Below are positions 19,401 to 28,392 of a stretch of DNA of 64,000 nucleotides, one piece after another. Position numbers and translations under genes: made by a program. Source of the DNA: an archaeon (GTDB lineage Archaea; Nanobdellota; Nanobdellia; Woesearchaeales; GW2011-AR15); the NCBI GenBank assembly GCA_043801855.1, contig JAZDLQ010000017.1:15202-79201 (forward strand), in the 5' to 3' direction. Under the pieces are notes generated by a model. That model did not search any database. It saw only the letters and a program-made list of their open reading frames with translations, and was not told the origin of the DNA. Positions within the stretch are counted from its first letter, which is position 1, and the number at the start of each line of letters is the position of its first letter.

Positions 19401-19723
19401 TTGAGAATGGAAATATTTCGGAATCTTCAATTAAATTTTCAGAAGCAAAATATCTTTTCAACAAAATGTCTGATTACCACAAGTCACTACTCTATCCAAA
19501 AATAATCCACTGTGCAAATAAAATCAATATCAAATACATGCATAGCTTAATTGATGACTGCTATATTAGGATGGCAGAAGGCAATATTGACGGCGCATTA
19601 ATATTATATCAGGAGATTTCAGAGGAATATGCTCTCCTTGATGAAAACTCTATAGAAAAAATTTATCCAAAAATATGCGAGTTAATTGTGGCTCTTGAGA
19701 TAAAAAAATTGAATTGTAATTAA
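16391..19723 (+). CDS. Large membrane-anchored surface protein (MopE-like acidic repeat, PKD and Ig-like domains, C-terminal TM and helical tail)
   Basis: Signal peptide; DNDGDGY...DCNDNNPNINPG...NGVDDDC; SGGTAPYTYSWNFDDG; ITGFA motif before the TM; many NxS/T sequons. Confidence 0.8.
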   Translation: MTSGRLLSRIVLLALCIAALLNASSQVAIIDNSTISIDGFAFRNIENQDYNVASAGSMATFYDMSYYNGSGFYLGDIGMGTDVIYTSGLNATLVEISLVKKEPGNVDALLACDYFVEGSFVCQNWSIADFDYAENETHVVFIADSFTAIAGHIAKENNLKETLLDVWPQTIIGKPYGGKAAYPGNVSYIYSNFTDGASGDILSDGFCTATETVSNYTMIYDSAKKLFTYAVLYDNPGNYSFGIYCCSEGYYCSNKSVVLEISPLISANDTHLDNDGDGYSYIYDCNDNNPNINPGKVEILYNGVDDDCSSATLDYFFFDISTNKLTYGLGESVQVTIRSYNNSDAYITINSPSNISYVYIYANDTYPKTLIFSHTNNSGNYSIEGISYYNNYTISKEISFGVENNLVAIASANQTEAFKNNKIGFFASASGGTAPYTYSWNFDDGTVVSEKDLVHAFNSSKTYNVLLRVKDYFGNQRTQTLTISVIDEYKLLVKVVDNNTNAAIKNIKVKLDSDAKYTNSSGSVEFRVALKTYDIKLSHANYSTYSAEIKINGTHDKEYRLIREITGLPPQIFVQLPSDNSEYKNRDVEFSFYVIDDTDLNCTLYTSFGDSWWTAEKTFSNLVSNKEAKHTLSGLKNGEYYWKIECIDKEKKSAETSEYSFTIKTEEKNSIDTEVADINETSSAVQSVYDLLPDLDSYTPDQKRVLELLDIYNVLEESKVELDRANRDMFNLRYRKDLIDPIGESEKIIQQIAAVKDKTPRSVTVEDKVEFIKYVDDKEAEELINKYIDLKNTQLSSGDRKKIVDQNKLLQKKITVSTESYNVRIEYLSGRIKELTLISKKSDYNSVTNGKFVEFIPDEIIGSAELSVITASPAILQDGRIFEIPQDEAHTLSYSINKKILLSEIPKMKSLLITLDEQSEIKEGGTITGFALFNTQGSNNKIVFYIEILVIVILAGIYISYQFRYGGAETVNGVPETAKSKEPVSSYNFYGQGFKAIDSASSLLENGNISESSIKFSEAKYLFNKMSDYHKSLLYPKIIHCANKINIKYMHSLIDDCYIRMAEGNIDGALILYQEISEEYALLDENSIEKIYPKICELIVALEIKKLNCN

Positions 19724-19724
19724 G

Positions 19725-22700
19725 ATGAAAAATAAGCTAAATAAAAAAAGTATTGACAATCTACTTGAAAAAACACTCATTATTTTAGTTTTATCTATAT
19801 CGTTCATGTCTTTATTGTTCTTCAGGGATTTCATTGGATTTGCTTCCTTCCATGCTGCAAGAGGCGGTCAGATATCAGAAATCAATCTTGCGCAGGAAGA
19901 GCCTGCAGAATATTGGAATGGAATCTATGGCTTAGTTATTATGTTTCCTGCAATCAATAATACATGGTCAGTGCTTACGGAAAATGCTGGAATGAATCAG
20001 CTAGTAATGCTGGTGCCATGCCTGCTTGGAGGCCAAGAAAACGAGCTATATGCTGCGAATGTAACATCAGAACAAATAGAATGGGAAAATGTTGTTGCTG
20101 CGGATGCTGAAATCGTTGATGAATACCTTCAGATAAATTCTGGATCACTTATATCAGCAAATAAGACGTTTACAGATACTATGACTATTGAACTTGGTAC
20201 CAGAACAATTTATGATATCCCTATGGTTCACACTTACCAGCGTGATGATCATAACAGCGAAGTGTTTTCGCATGGTGTCTTAACAGATGGAGAGCACATA
20301 ATATTAGTTGCAAAAGTAACAGAAGGATATCCTATGGGATTTGATGGAAACCTTTACAATTACCAGATGTTTGTGCCTGTTCCTTTAAACAGGACAGTCA
20401 GATATTATATATTGACGGATCCATATGACACCTGTCCGGCAGGAGAAGATGTAGGATTAGGAACCGGATATGTATCTGGCTGGGTGACAGACAACTCAAC
20501 TGGGCTTCCGATTGAGAATGCAGAAGTATTTGTCGGAAAAAGTAGTGCTGTTAGTGATGAAGATGGATACTATAATTTTTCTGTCACAGAAGGCACATAT
20601 AAAATAATAGGAATAAAATATGGCTATAACAATTATATAAGTAATATTACTGTCTATTACAGCAATTATACTGAGCATAATATATCAATGACATTATATC
20701 AGGAGCCGCTTACAGGGATAGGTTCAGGTGTCGGTACTGGAGTTGGCCCTGGTCAAACCGACAAGACAAGGACAGGTGTCGGCCCAGGAGTTGGTCCAGG
20801 AGTTGGTCCAAATATCGGACCATATCTAGAAAAACCAGAGCTAATGGGCATAGATCATTTTATTACTCTTGACAAAATTGATAAAAAAATAAGATTGGAC
20901 AATTTCTTTACAGAGACTGTTTTTCTCTATAGTTTTAGGAAAGAAAATGCACTTGTCCAAATAAGGCTTAATGGAAATGTAACAGAAATTGTCGAGATAG
21001 ACAAAGAATCTGTAACAATTGAGCCAAATGGCGTTGCAAATGTGACTGTCACAGGATTCGGAAAAGAGATTGGTGAATATATTGGATCTCTTGACTTTGG
21101 CGGTGATTTTAACGACAGCCTTCCGATTAAAATTAGAGTAACAGATGAAGATAAGCTTCCAGTTGAAGCGCTTCTTATGGAGCTTGAGCTATTGACGCCT
21201 CATCCATATGCTGGTGATTTATACAAATTTAAGCTCAATCTTCATAACATGCTTATTGAAGAAAGGTATAACATTTCTCTCAAATATAAAATCCAAGGTA
21301 TTGAGGCAAGGACATCAAATTATTCAATGGAATTAGAACCAGAAAGTGTTGCAATCTTAACAACAGTATCTCTAATTAAGCAATTTAACATACCGAAAAA
21401 TTGGCCGAAAGGAGAATACCTTCTTGACATTGAGGCCGAGTATCTGGATCTTTATTCAAAAACATCAACTGTTTTTAATGTATATGAGCCTATTTATATG
21501 TATAAGCTTTTTGGAGTTCTTGAGTTATGGAAATTGTTTTTAGGAATTCTTTGCCTTGCAATAATTGTATTTGGTGTGATATTTATTAGGAGGCATATTG
21601 AATCGAAAAAGAGATTCCATGGAAAAGTCGAATATAAATTGCTCCCAAAAAAAGGGCCAAGGTCATTGTATATCGGAAAAATAGCTGAAACTGAAAATGA
21701 TACTTACATGGATATGGATGTATTAACAGTTCACTCAATAATTGCTGGTTCAACAGGCGGCGGTAAATCCATTTCCGGTCAGGATATAGTAGAAGAATGC
21801 CTGCTGAAAAATGTTGCAGTGATAGTTTTTGATCCTACAGCTCAGTGGAGCGGAATGCTCCGAAAATGCTCCGACAAAAAGATGATGGAATTTTATCCAA
21901 GATTTAATATGACGCCAAAAAGCGCAAGAGCTTTTTCCGGCAACATCAGAGCAATTAAAGACCCAAGAGAAAAAGTTGACCTGATGAAATACCTTAAGCC
22001 TGGAGAAATTCAGATATTTACAATGAGCACCCTTGACCCAAAAGGAATTGACATTTTTGTTGCAAATACCGTGAGGGCAATTTTCCAGTCAAACCTTCAG
22101 GAATATAGGGGGCTTAGATATATGATGGTTTACGATGAAGTCCACAGGCTTCTTCCTAAATTTGGCGGAAGTGGCGAAGGCTTCATCCAGATCGAAAGAG
22201 CATGCAGGGAATTCAGAAAATGGGGAATAGGTGTAGTTCTTATTTCCCAAGTCCTGGCGGATTTCGTAGGTCAAATCAAAGCTAACATTAACACAGAAAT
22301 CCAGATGAAAACAAGAGATGAAGGAGATCTTGCAAGAATCGAAACTAAGTATGGAAAAGAATTTTTACAGGGATTAGTAAAGGCGCCAGTTGGTTCAGGA
22401 ATGCTGCAAAATTCGGCATGGAATAGAGGTAAACCGTATTATGTCACATTCAGGCCGATCATGCACAGCGTAACAAGATTGACAGATGAGGAGCTATCAT
22501 TGTACAATAAATATAATGAGATGGTTGATGACTTATCTTACCAGATAGACCAGCTTGAAAAAGAAGAATTAGATGTTTTTGATTTGAGGCTAGAATTAAA
22601 GTTATCTCTTGATAAGATAAAAACTGGAAGTTTTAACATGGTTGATATTTATCTGGAAGGCTTAAAGCCTAGGCTTGAAAAAATGTGGAAGGATCTTGGA

Positions 22701-23555
22701 AAAAAACCTAAAAAAAGAACTTTAGAACTTGTGTCTGAAGATGATATAAAGGCAGATATTGCAGCAGCTCAAAAATCAAGAGAGCAATATGAAAAAGAAA
22801 AAGGGCCCTCTGCCGGAGGAGAAGAAAAAAAAGGCCCTGCATCATTAGGGTTTAATGACGAAGTTCCTCCTGATAAGCTCCTTAACCTCTCAAACGGAAT
22901 GATTGTAATAAGTATGAAAGGGCTTTATGATGAGCTTGTTCCGATGAAAGATTCAGATTATAAAAATGAAGTAAATGAAAACAAGAACACTTTTGCAAAC
23001 TGGATCAGAACAGCATTAAATAGTCCAAAGCTTGCTGATATCGCTGATAATATTATTGCAAAAGAAGATTATCTTGCATTTTTCGATTCAATAAAAGCAG
23101 GAACAGGTGAAAAATTCAAGCCAAAAGCGCCAAGGCCACCAAAGGAGGCAGCAGCACCAGTAGCAGGCTCAGCACCAGTGGCAGCAGCGACACAAGCAGC
23201 ATCTATTGCACCAGTTTATCCTGCAATAGTTCAACCTGTTGCTCAGCCTTCGGTACAAAATTTGCAAGAACAGTCTACGCAGGCAAATGCGTCTTCAGGG
23301 CAATCAGGAGTTGCTCCTCTTGAATTATTCGACGGTACCAGAATTAATAGTTTAAAAGATTTGTTTGAAGCATTGTCAAAAATAGATGATGATACATTTA
23401 TGCTCTACGTTAATGAAGGAAACAATGAATTTGCAGAATGGATAAGAACAAGCCTTAAAGATGAGGCTTTTGCAAATGAAATTTCATCGCTAAAAACAAG
23501 AGAAGAGCTGAAGAAAAAAGTAGAAGAGAAATTAAAAGTCTTAAAAGTTGGTTAA
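19725..23555 (+). CDS. Ectodomain + TM + HerA/FtsK-like (DUF87) ATPase + two DUF5752-like domains
   Basis: N-terminal TM, carboxypeptidase-regulatory-like/Ig segments, second TM (~21525-21590), Walker A GSTGGGKS, Walker B MVYDEVHRL, REFRKWGIGVVLISQ; C-terminal NTFANWI and NEFAEWI repeats. Confidence 0.85.
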   Translation: MKNKLNKKSIDNLLEKTLIILVLSISFMSLLFFRDFIGFASFHAARGGQISEINLAQEEPAEYWNGIYGLVIMFPAINNTWSVLTENAGMNQLVMLVPCLLGGQENELYAANVTSEQIEWENVVAADAEIVDEYLQINSGSLISANKTFTDTMTIELGTRTIYDIPMVHTYQRDDHNSEVFSHGVLTDGEHIILVAKVTEGYPMGFDGNLYNYQMFVPVPLNRTVRYYILTDPYDTCPAGEDVGLGTGYVSGWVTDNSTGLPIENAEVFVGKSSAVSDEDGYYNFSVTEGTYKIIGIKYGYNNYISNITVYYSNYTEHNISMTLYQEPLTGIGSGVGTGVGPGQTDKTRTGVGPGVGPGVGPNIGPYLEKPELMGIDHFITLDKIDKKIRLDNFFTETVFLYSFRKENALVQIRLNGNVTEIVEIDKESVTIEPNGVANVTVTGFGKEIGEYIGSLDFGGDFNDSLPIKIRVTDEDKLPVEALLMELELLTPHPYAGDLYKFKLNLHNMLIEERYNISLKYKIQGIEARTSNYSMELEPESVAILTTVSLIKQFNIPKNWPKGEYLLDIEAEYLDLYSKTSTVFNVYEPIYMYKLFGVLELWKLFLGILCLAIIVFGVIFIRRHIESKKRFHGKVEYKLLPKKGPRSLYIGKIAETENDTYMDMDVLTVHSIIAGSTGGGKSISGQDIVEECLLKNVAVIVFDPTAQWSGMLRKCSDKKMMEFYPRFNMTPKSARAFSGNIRAIKDPREKVDLMKYLKPGEIQIFTMSTLDPKGIDIFVANTVRAIFQSNLQEYRGLRYMMVYDEVHRLLPKFGGSGEGFIQIERACREFRKWGIGVVLISQVLADFVGQIKANINTEIQMKTRDEGDLARIETKYGKEFLQGLVKAPVGSGMLQNSAWNRGKPYYVTFRPIMHSVTRLTDEELSLYNKYNEMVDDLSYQIDQLEKEELDVFDLRLELKLSLDKIKTGSFNMVDIYLEGLKPRLEKMWKDLGKKPKKRTLELVSEDDIKADIAAAQKSREQYEKEKGPSAGGEEKKGPASLGFNDEVPPDKLLNLSNGMIVISMKGLYDELVPMKDSDYKNEVNENKNTFANWIRTALNSPKLADIADNIIAKEDYLAFFDSIKAGTGEKFKPKAPRPPKEAAAPVAGSAPVAAATQAASIAPVYPAIVQPVAQPSVQNLQEQSTQANASSGQSGVAPLELFDGTRINSLKDLFEALSKIDDDTFMLYVNEGNNEFAEWIRTSLKDEAFANEISSLKTREELKKKVEEKLKVLKVG

Positions 23556-23557
23556 AT

Positions 23558-23779
23558 ATGGTAAATGAACTGATTAAAATTTTTGAAAACAGACGCAGTA
23601 ATTTAGTGAAGTTGCTTGACAATGCAAGGGATGATATGGATGCAGGCAAGCAACATCAGCTCTATGGCGCAATACTGGAGATTGACAATGTGCTTGAGGC
23701 AATGCAGGATTTGCACTGTAAAAATATTTCAAAAAAATTATGTGATCGAAAAGATAACTTATTGAGGCTTAAATGCTGA
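23558..23779 (+). CDS. Small helical hypothetical protein
   Basis: 73-aa ORF with 1-2 nt spacing to both neighbours. Confidence 0.6.
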   Translation: MVNELIKIFENRRSNLVKLLDNARDDMDAGKQHQLYGAILEIDNVLEAMQDLHCKNISKKLCDRKDNLLRLKC

Positions 23780-23780
23780 T

Positions 23781-24590
23781 ATGGAAGAAGAAATACCTCC
23801 TGAAAAGTATTTTTATGTACATGATGGAACAATAATAAGATGTATTGATGAGCTTCCGATATACCTTACGAGTATGGATGAGCAGATATTTGTATTCCAT
23901 GTAACTGAAGAAAAAAATGACTTTGCATCCTGGATAATGGGTGTTTTTAACGAATCATTGCTTGCCGAAAAAGTACAAAATTCCAAAACAAAAGACGAAA
24001 TGATTAATATAATAGGAGAATACATGGAAAGCAAAATTGTCCTCTCTGTTAATAATTATAACTCTATCAATGCAGATCAGCCAGCGCAGCAGATACATTC
24101 TTCTTTAGAAAAATATGAAAAAGAAATTTCTGAGCACGGCAATGAAGAACTAAATGGTTTGAAATCTGAGGAGTTAACGGCAATCGACTCGCTAAATCTT
24201 TCAAAAGAGGCTCTGGAAATAAATTCATTAACTACAAATCAAGAACCTGAAAAAATTAAGAAACAAGAAGATCAAAAAACAATATTGAATCAAAATGATA
24301 CAAAAGATAATTACATATATACCTACAAAAGAGGAGAAAAAAATCAAAATAGCATAATTTCAAAAGCATTTTTTTTTCATTATGATGAGTTAAAAAAGAA
24401 AATTTCTGAAAAAAGAAAAAAGGGATATGATACTAGCCATTGCAATTTGTTAATTATGCAAATTCCTTCAAAAATCAAGCTGCTTGAACACTTTTTTTCT
24501 GAAAAAGAGTCGCTGAAGCTCATACACTTATTTTATATTATTAATGAAGAATTAAATATACTTACTAAAAAGGAGATGGTGTTGGCGTGA
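23781..24590 (+). CDS. DUF5752-like domain protein
   Basis: PEKYFYVHDGTII...MDEQIFVFHV...NDFASWI. Confidence 0.7.
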   Translation: MEEEIPPEKYFYVHDGTIIRCIDELPIYLTSMDEQIFVFHVTEEKNDFASWIMGVFNESLLAEKVQNSKTKDEMINIIGEYMESKIVLSVNNYNSINADQPAQQIHSSLEKYEKEISEHGNEELNGLKSEELTAIDSLNLSKEALEINSLTTNQEPEKIKKQEDQKTILNQNDTKDNYIYTYKRGEKNQNSIISKAFFFHYDELKKKISEKRKKGYDTSHCNLLIMQIPSKIKLLEHFFSEKESLKLIHLFYIINEELNILTKKEMVLA

Positions 24591-25279
24591 AACAAAATAA
24601 GACAAAAACAATTCAAAAAATTGATAAAAATAAAGGTAATAAGGAGTTTATTACGTGCACTGGCCAGAAAATAAAAACACTTATGAGCCTTCCGATTGCG
24701 CTTCGTACAATGGATGACATGTGTTTTTCAGCGCACGTGAATGAAAACAAAAATGATTTTGCAGAATGGGTCATTAATGAAATTGGACAAAAGAACTTAG
24801 GAGAAAGAATGCAAGAGCATAAAGATAAGGCATCGCTCCTTAAATTCCTAGTTGATTACCTTGCAGACAAAACCTTAATTCAGGAAGAACTGCAAAATGG
24901 TAGCATGGCTAATGAAAAAATACCTGTTGGCTTTTTTCAAAATTTAATCTATAAGATAAAAAAGACTCTTCATCTAAAGCAAATTGTTAAACCCAATTTA
25001 AGCGAAGCCATACGTGGAAGGCTTTTTATTAGTAAAGTTAAAGATATATCTGATTTGGAAGTAATATTTAGCGAGTCGCTTGAGGAATACAGGTGGAAAG
25101 TATATAGCTTAAAAAGCCGTGGCGAGAACACACAGGAGTGCCAGCTTTATCTTGGAACAACAGAGATGAAGATTAGAGAATTTGGCCAATATGTAAATGA
25201 AAAAAATGCAATAGATATCCTTCATTTATTCTATTGTCTGGATGATGAAATAAAAAAGCATGAAAATTCCAAGACCTAG
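24587..25279 (+). CDS. DUF5752-like domain protein, paralog of the previous gene
   Basis: FITCTGQKIKTL...MDDMCFSAHV...NDFAEWV; shared C-terminal (L/I)xHLFYxxxxE(L/I). Confidence 0.7.
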   Translation: MKQNKTKTIQKIDKNKGNKEFITCTGQKIKTLMSLPIALRTMDDMCFSAHVNENKNDFAEWVINEIGQKNLGERMQEHKDKASLLKFLVDYLADKTLIQEELQNGSMANEKIPVGFFQNLIYKIKKTLHLKQIVKPNLSEAIRGRLFISKVKDISDLEVIFSESLEEYRWKVYSLKSRGENTQECQLYLGTTEMKIREFGQYVNEKNAIDILHLFYCLDDEIKKHENSKT

Positions 25280-25342
25280 ATTTATAAACTAGATTAAAAT
25301 ATCAAGATATCACAGCAATACTTGTAATTATTAAAAAAGAGG

Positions 25343-26449
25343 TTGAATATGTGGCCGTTTAAGCCAAAATTTGCAAGAATAGAAGACCAGCAGGAAAAAA
25401 AAGAGGATGAGTCAGCGGTAGCTGCGCCTAGCAATGATGATTTTCAAGGGAAATCTTCTGATTCTATGCTTGGCGCTGAAATTATGAAATTAAAAGCGCA
25501 GTTTGACCAATTTTCAGAGCTTCGAAAAGTATTTAATGAACGCTTTACAAGAATAAACGAGCAGATTGGGGAACTTCGTGGAATGATAATGGATACTAAT
25601 CGTTCCATGCAGGATGTAGAAGTAAAAACTGTAAAAGCAGTTGACTTGGTAAGCGCAGTTCAGCCAGATAAGCTAATGGTTGAAGTAAAAAAGCAGGATG
25701 CAAAAATTGAGGCACTCAAAGCTAATATAGAAAGTAACGAAGCTATTATGAAATCAATTCTTGACCAGCTAAAAGATATGAGAATACAAGTGTCAAAATT
25801 CAGAGGAGTTGACCAGATTGTTTCTTTATCTGAAGATGTAAAAAAAGAGCTGATGAACATCAAAAAAGTAGAGGCAACTCTTGAGCGACACTCTGATAAG
25901 GTTGAAGGAATATTTATGGAATCACAAAAACGGTTCCAGGATTTTGAGAGAGTTGTAAACAAGCAGGCGGACTTTGACAAGCAGGTGAAAGCAATTCAAG
26001 AGCAGTCTGATCAGCTTAAAATTAAGATTCCCGTTTTTTCAACAAAAAAGGAGATGGAAGATCTTCAGGGTAAATACAATGAATTTGAAAAACACACTGC
26101 AAATGTAATTGATCTTGTTACAAAAAGAGCAAATGATCTTCCTGTCGAGATAAACGACAGATTTGCTCGCTTTGAAAAAAATATAAACAGTGCATTTGAA
26201 AAAAAGATAAGAAAAACAGATGAAACAAATAAATTGATTTCAGAAATTGAAAAAAAAGCACAGAAAATTGCCAAAGAATTAAAACTTCACCAGGCAACCA
26301 CTGAAAAAAAAGAGGAAGGAGCGTCTCTAATAAATTCAGATATGCCAAAAGCTGAAAATAAGGATGAAGCTCCATCAAAAGAGGCAACTGAAAAAAAAGC
26401 AAGATTCTTAGAAGGGCTGTTTAAGAAAAAAGAGAAAGAAAAGAAATAA
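25343..26449 (+). CDS. Long coiled-coil protein
   Basis: Heptad-rich; ERFTRINEQIGELRGM; N-terminal MWPFK; the ATG at 25349 is an alternative start. Confidence 0.7.
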   Translation: MNMWPFKPKFARIEDQQEKKEDESAVAAPSNDDFQGKSSDSMLGAEIMKLKAQFDQFSELRKVFNERFTRINEQIGELRGMIMDTNRSMQDVEVKTVKAVDLVSAVQPDKLMVEVKKQDAKIEALKANIESNEAIMKSILDQLKDMRIQVSKFRGVDQIVSLSEDVKKELMNIKKVEATLERHSDKVEGIFMESQKRFQDFERVVNKQADFDKQVKAIQEQSDQLKIKIPVFSTKKEMEDLQGKYNEFEKHTANVIDLVTKRANDLPVEINDRFARFEKNINSAFEKKIRKTDETNKLISEIEKKAQKIAKELKLHQATTEKKEEGASLINSDMPKAENKDEAPSKEATEKKARFLEGLFKKKEKEKK

Positions 26450-26483
26450 TTAATTTGTGAACTTTTTTGCTTTTTGAAGTTCA

Positions 26484-28337
26484 TTAGCGTAAATCAATAG
26501 GAGTAATAGTCTCTTTTTTGAATTTCTCTTTGGCTTCTGCCAGCCTTTTTCGCTGCTGCATTAGGTGCTCATGGAAAATAATTGGGACATCTTGCTCATC
26601 AGCATATATTTTTTCTATTCGCAGTAGCCTGTCCAAAAGCTTTTCAGTTCTGATTGAAAAGAGCTTAACATAGTCTTCTTTTGAGAAATCTCTGTTAAAA
26701 GTTTTTCTGAATAATAATTGCAAATCATCGTACTTAGGAATAAATCCAATTGGTGTTTCAATTGCATCATATTCGTTGTGAATTCTTCCTTCCATCCACA
26801 AAAGCCACACCTTTTTATCAACTTTTTGATTCAAGAATTTTCCGTTTTCCTTAAGGAAATAATTGGTTGCAAAGATTTTAGGAGTTTCATCAAGTATTTC
26901 TCCAAACTTTAAGTGATTATTGATGTAAGTTCCTAGCGGAATAACTAAAAAATCCATATTTGCCATTGGGTCATGAACTCTTACTCCTTCCTGGCCTATT
27001 TTTGCTGATGTTGTCTCTGATTCAAGAGCACTACCGATAAATACGCCATGCGACCAGCTAAGTGATTCAATTACAGGCGGACTAGTATCTGAATCCCTTC
27101 CACCATAAATAATTCCTGAGACAGGAACTCCTTTCTTATTGTGAAGATTAGGATCTGCATTTTCAAGTTCATTAATCCTAATTGTATATCTTGCATTTTT
27201 ATGTGCTGGAAGTATCTCTTTTCCATCATGTCCCATCTTTCCCTCACTCCACTCGCCTGAAAAATTTTCTCCATTAGCTGGAAGCTCTTGCCCCATTCCA
27301 AGCCAATAAGGGTTTCCATTTTTTACCAGTATATTAGACATGATAAGTTCTCTTTTTGTTGTAAGGGCCTTATGGATGACTGGATCATCAATAGGATTTA
27401 TATCCTGAATTATTCCAAAAATTCCCTGTTCAACATTTGCAGCATAGCACAGGCCGTCTTCTCCTGCCCGGAGATATGAAATATCATCACCTATAATTGA
27501 TTGGCCAGGAACCATTGCAGTAGATGTTTTCCCGCATGCGCTTGGGAACGCTCCAGTAAAATAAGTAACTCTTTCTTTTCCAGGAGGATGCACTCCCATC
27601 ACAAACATGTGCTCGCAAAGCCAGCCTTCCCTATTTGCTTTACTGATCGCAAGCCTTAGCGCAAGCTTTTTTAGCCCTACACTGTTGCCTGCATATTGAT
27701 TGTTTATTGTAAAAACTCTTTCTTCTTCTAGATCCATATAGATTCTTCTTTTGTCAACATCTATTGAATTATTATTTGAAGTAAGTTTTCCAGCTGAATG
27801 GATAAAATGAAAAAATTTATCCGTTCCATTTAAGTTGACAAATTCATCATATCCTTTCCGATAAAGTATAGATTCGCTGTGTGCAACATATGCAGAATCA
27901 GTTATCTGCAGTGCAGGAATTGAAAATATTGATTCGTTTGGCCCAAGGCAAAAAAAGCACACGAGCATTTCTTTTCCTTCCATTATTCCATCCAGGAGAT
28001 TAAGTATTTCATCTAATCCATCATCCCTGTCAATTGTATTAATAGATTTTGAAAGCATCTTTCCCTTTGGAAGGAGAATTTTTGTATTTTGTGCATCCCT
28101 GCCCTGATCAAAATAACCATCAAAATGAATCGTGTGGCCAGAAATATTAAGAGGCTTCTCCTCACAATTTTTTAACGAAAGCGTTCTAATGTATTCAAGA
28201 TCCTCGTCTGATCCGCTAAGCACAGTAATTTTTCTCGGTCTGCATAGCTTTGCATATTTTTCAATTATTGAATCCACATGTGAATTATTTAATTTAGCAA
28301 GCTTTTTAGCGCTGTTTTTATCCATTAACTCATTCAT
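26484..28337 (-). CDS. pckG: Phosphoenolpyruvate carboxykinase (GTP)
   Basis: YAGNSVGLKKLALR, WLCEHM, AFPSACGKTSTAM, IIGDDI, HKNARY, YGGRD. Confidence 0.95.
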   Translation of the reverse strand: MNELMDKNSAKKLAKLNNSHVDSIIEKYAKLCRPRKITVLSGSDEDLEYIRTLSLKNCEEKPLNISGHTIHFDGYFDQGRDAQNTKILLPKGKMLSKSINTIDRDDGLDEILNLLDGIMEGKEMLVCFFCLGPNESIFSIPALQITDSAYVAHSESILYRKGYDEFVNLNGTDKFFHFIHSAGKLTSNNNSIDVDKRRIYMDLEEERVFTINNQYAGNSVGLKKLALRLAISKANREGWLCEHMFVMGVHPPGKERVTYFTGAFPSACGKTSTAMVPGQSIIGDDISYLRAGEDGLCYAANVEQGIFGIIQDINPIDDPVIHKALTTKRELIMSNILVKNGNPYWLGMGQELPANGENFSGEWSEGKMGHDGKEILPAHKNARYTIRINELENADPNLHNKKGVPVSGIIYGGRDSDTSPPVIESLSWSHGVFIGSALESETTSAKIGQEGVRVHDPMANMDFLVIPLGTYINNHLKFGEILDETPKIFATNYFLKENGKFLNQKVDKKVWLLWMEGRIHNEYDAIETPIGFIPKYDDLQLLFRKTFNRDFSKEDYVKLFSIRTEKLLDRLLRIEKIYADEQDVPIIFHEHLMQQRKRLAEAKEKFKKETITPIDLR

Positions 28338-28392
28338 CTTTACACCTTATTTATTGTTTTAATACGAGCTGTCCTAACATTTAATGCGAGTA

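Noticed and set aside
20716..20822. GVGP repeats as a collagen-like or mobile repeat
   Set aside because: Short four-residue-period linker inside the ectodomain, not Gly-X-Y, and no DNA-level element
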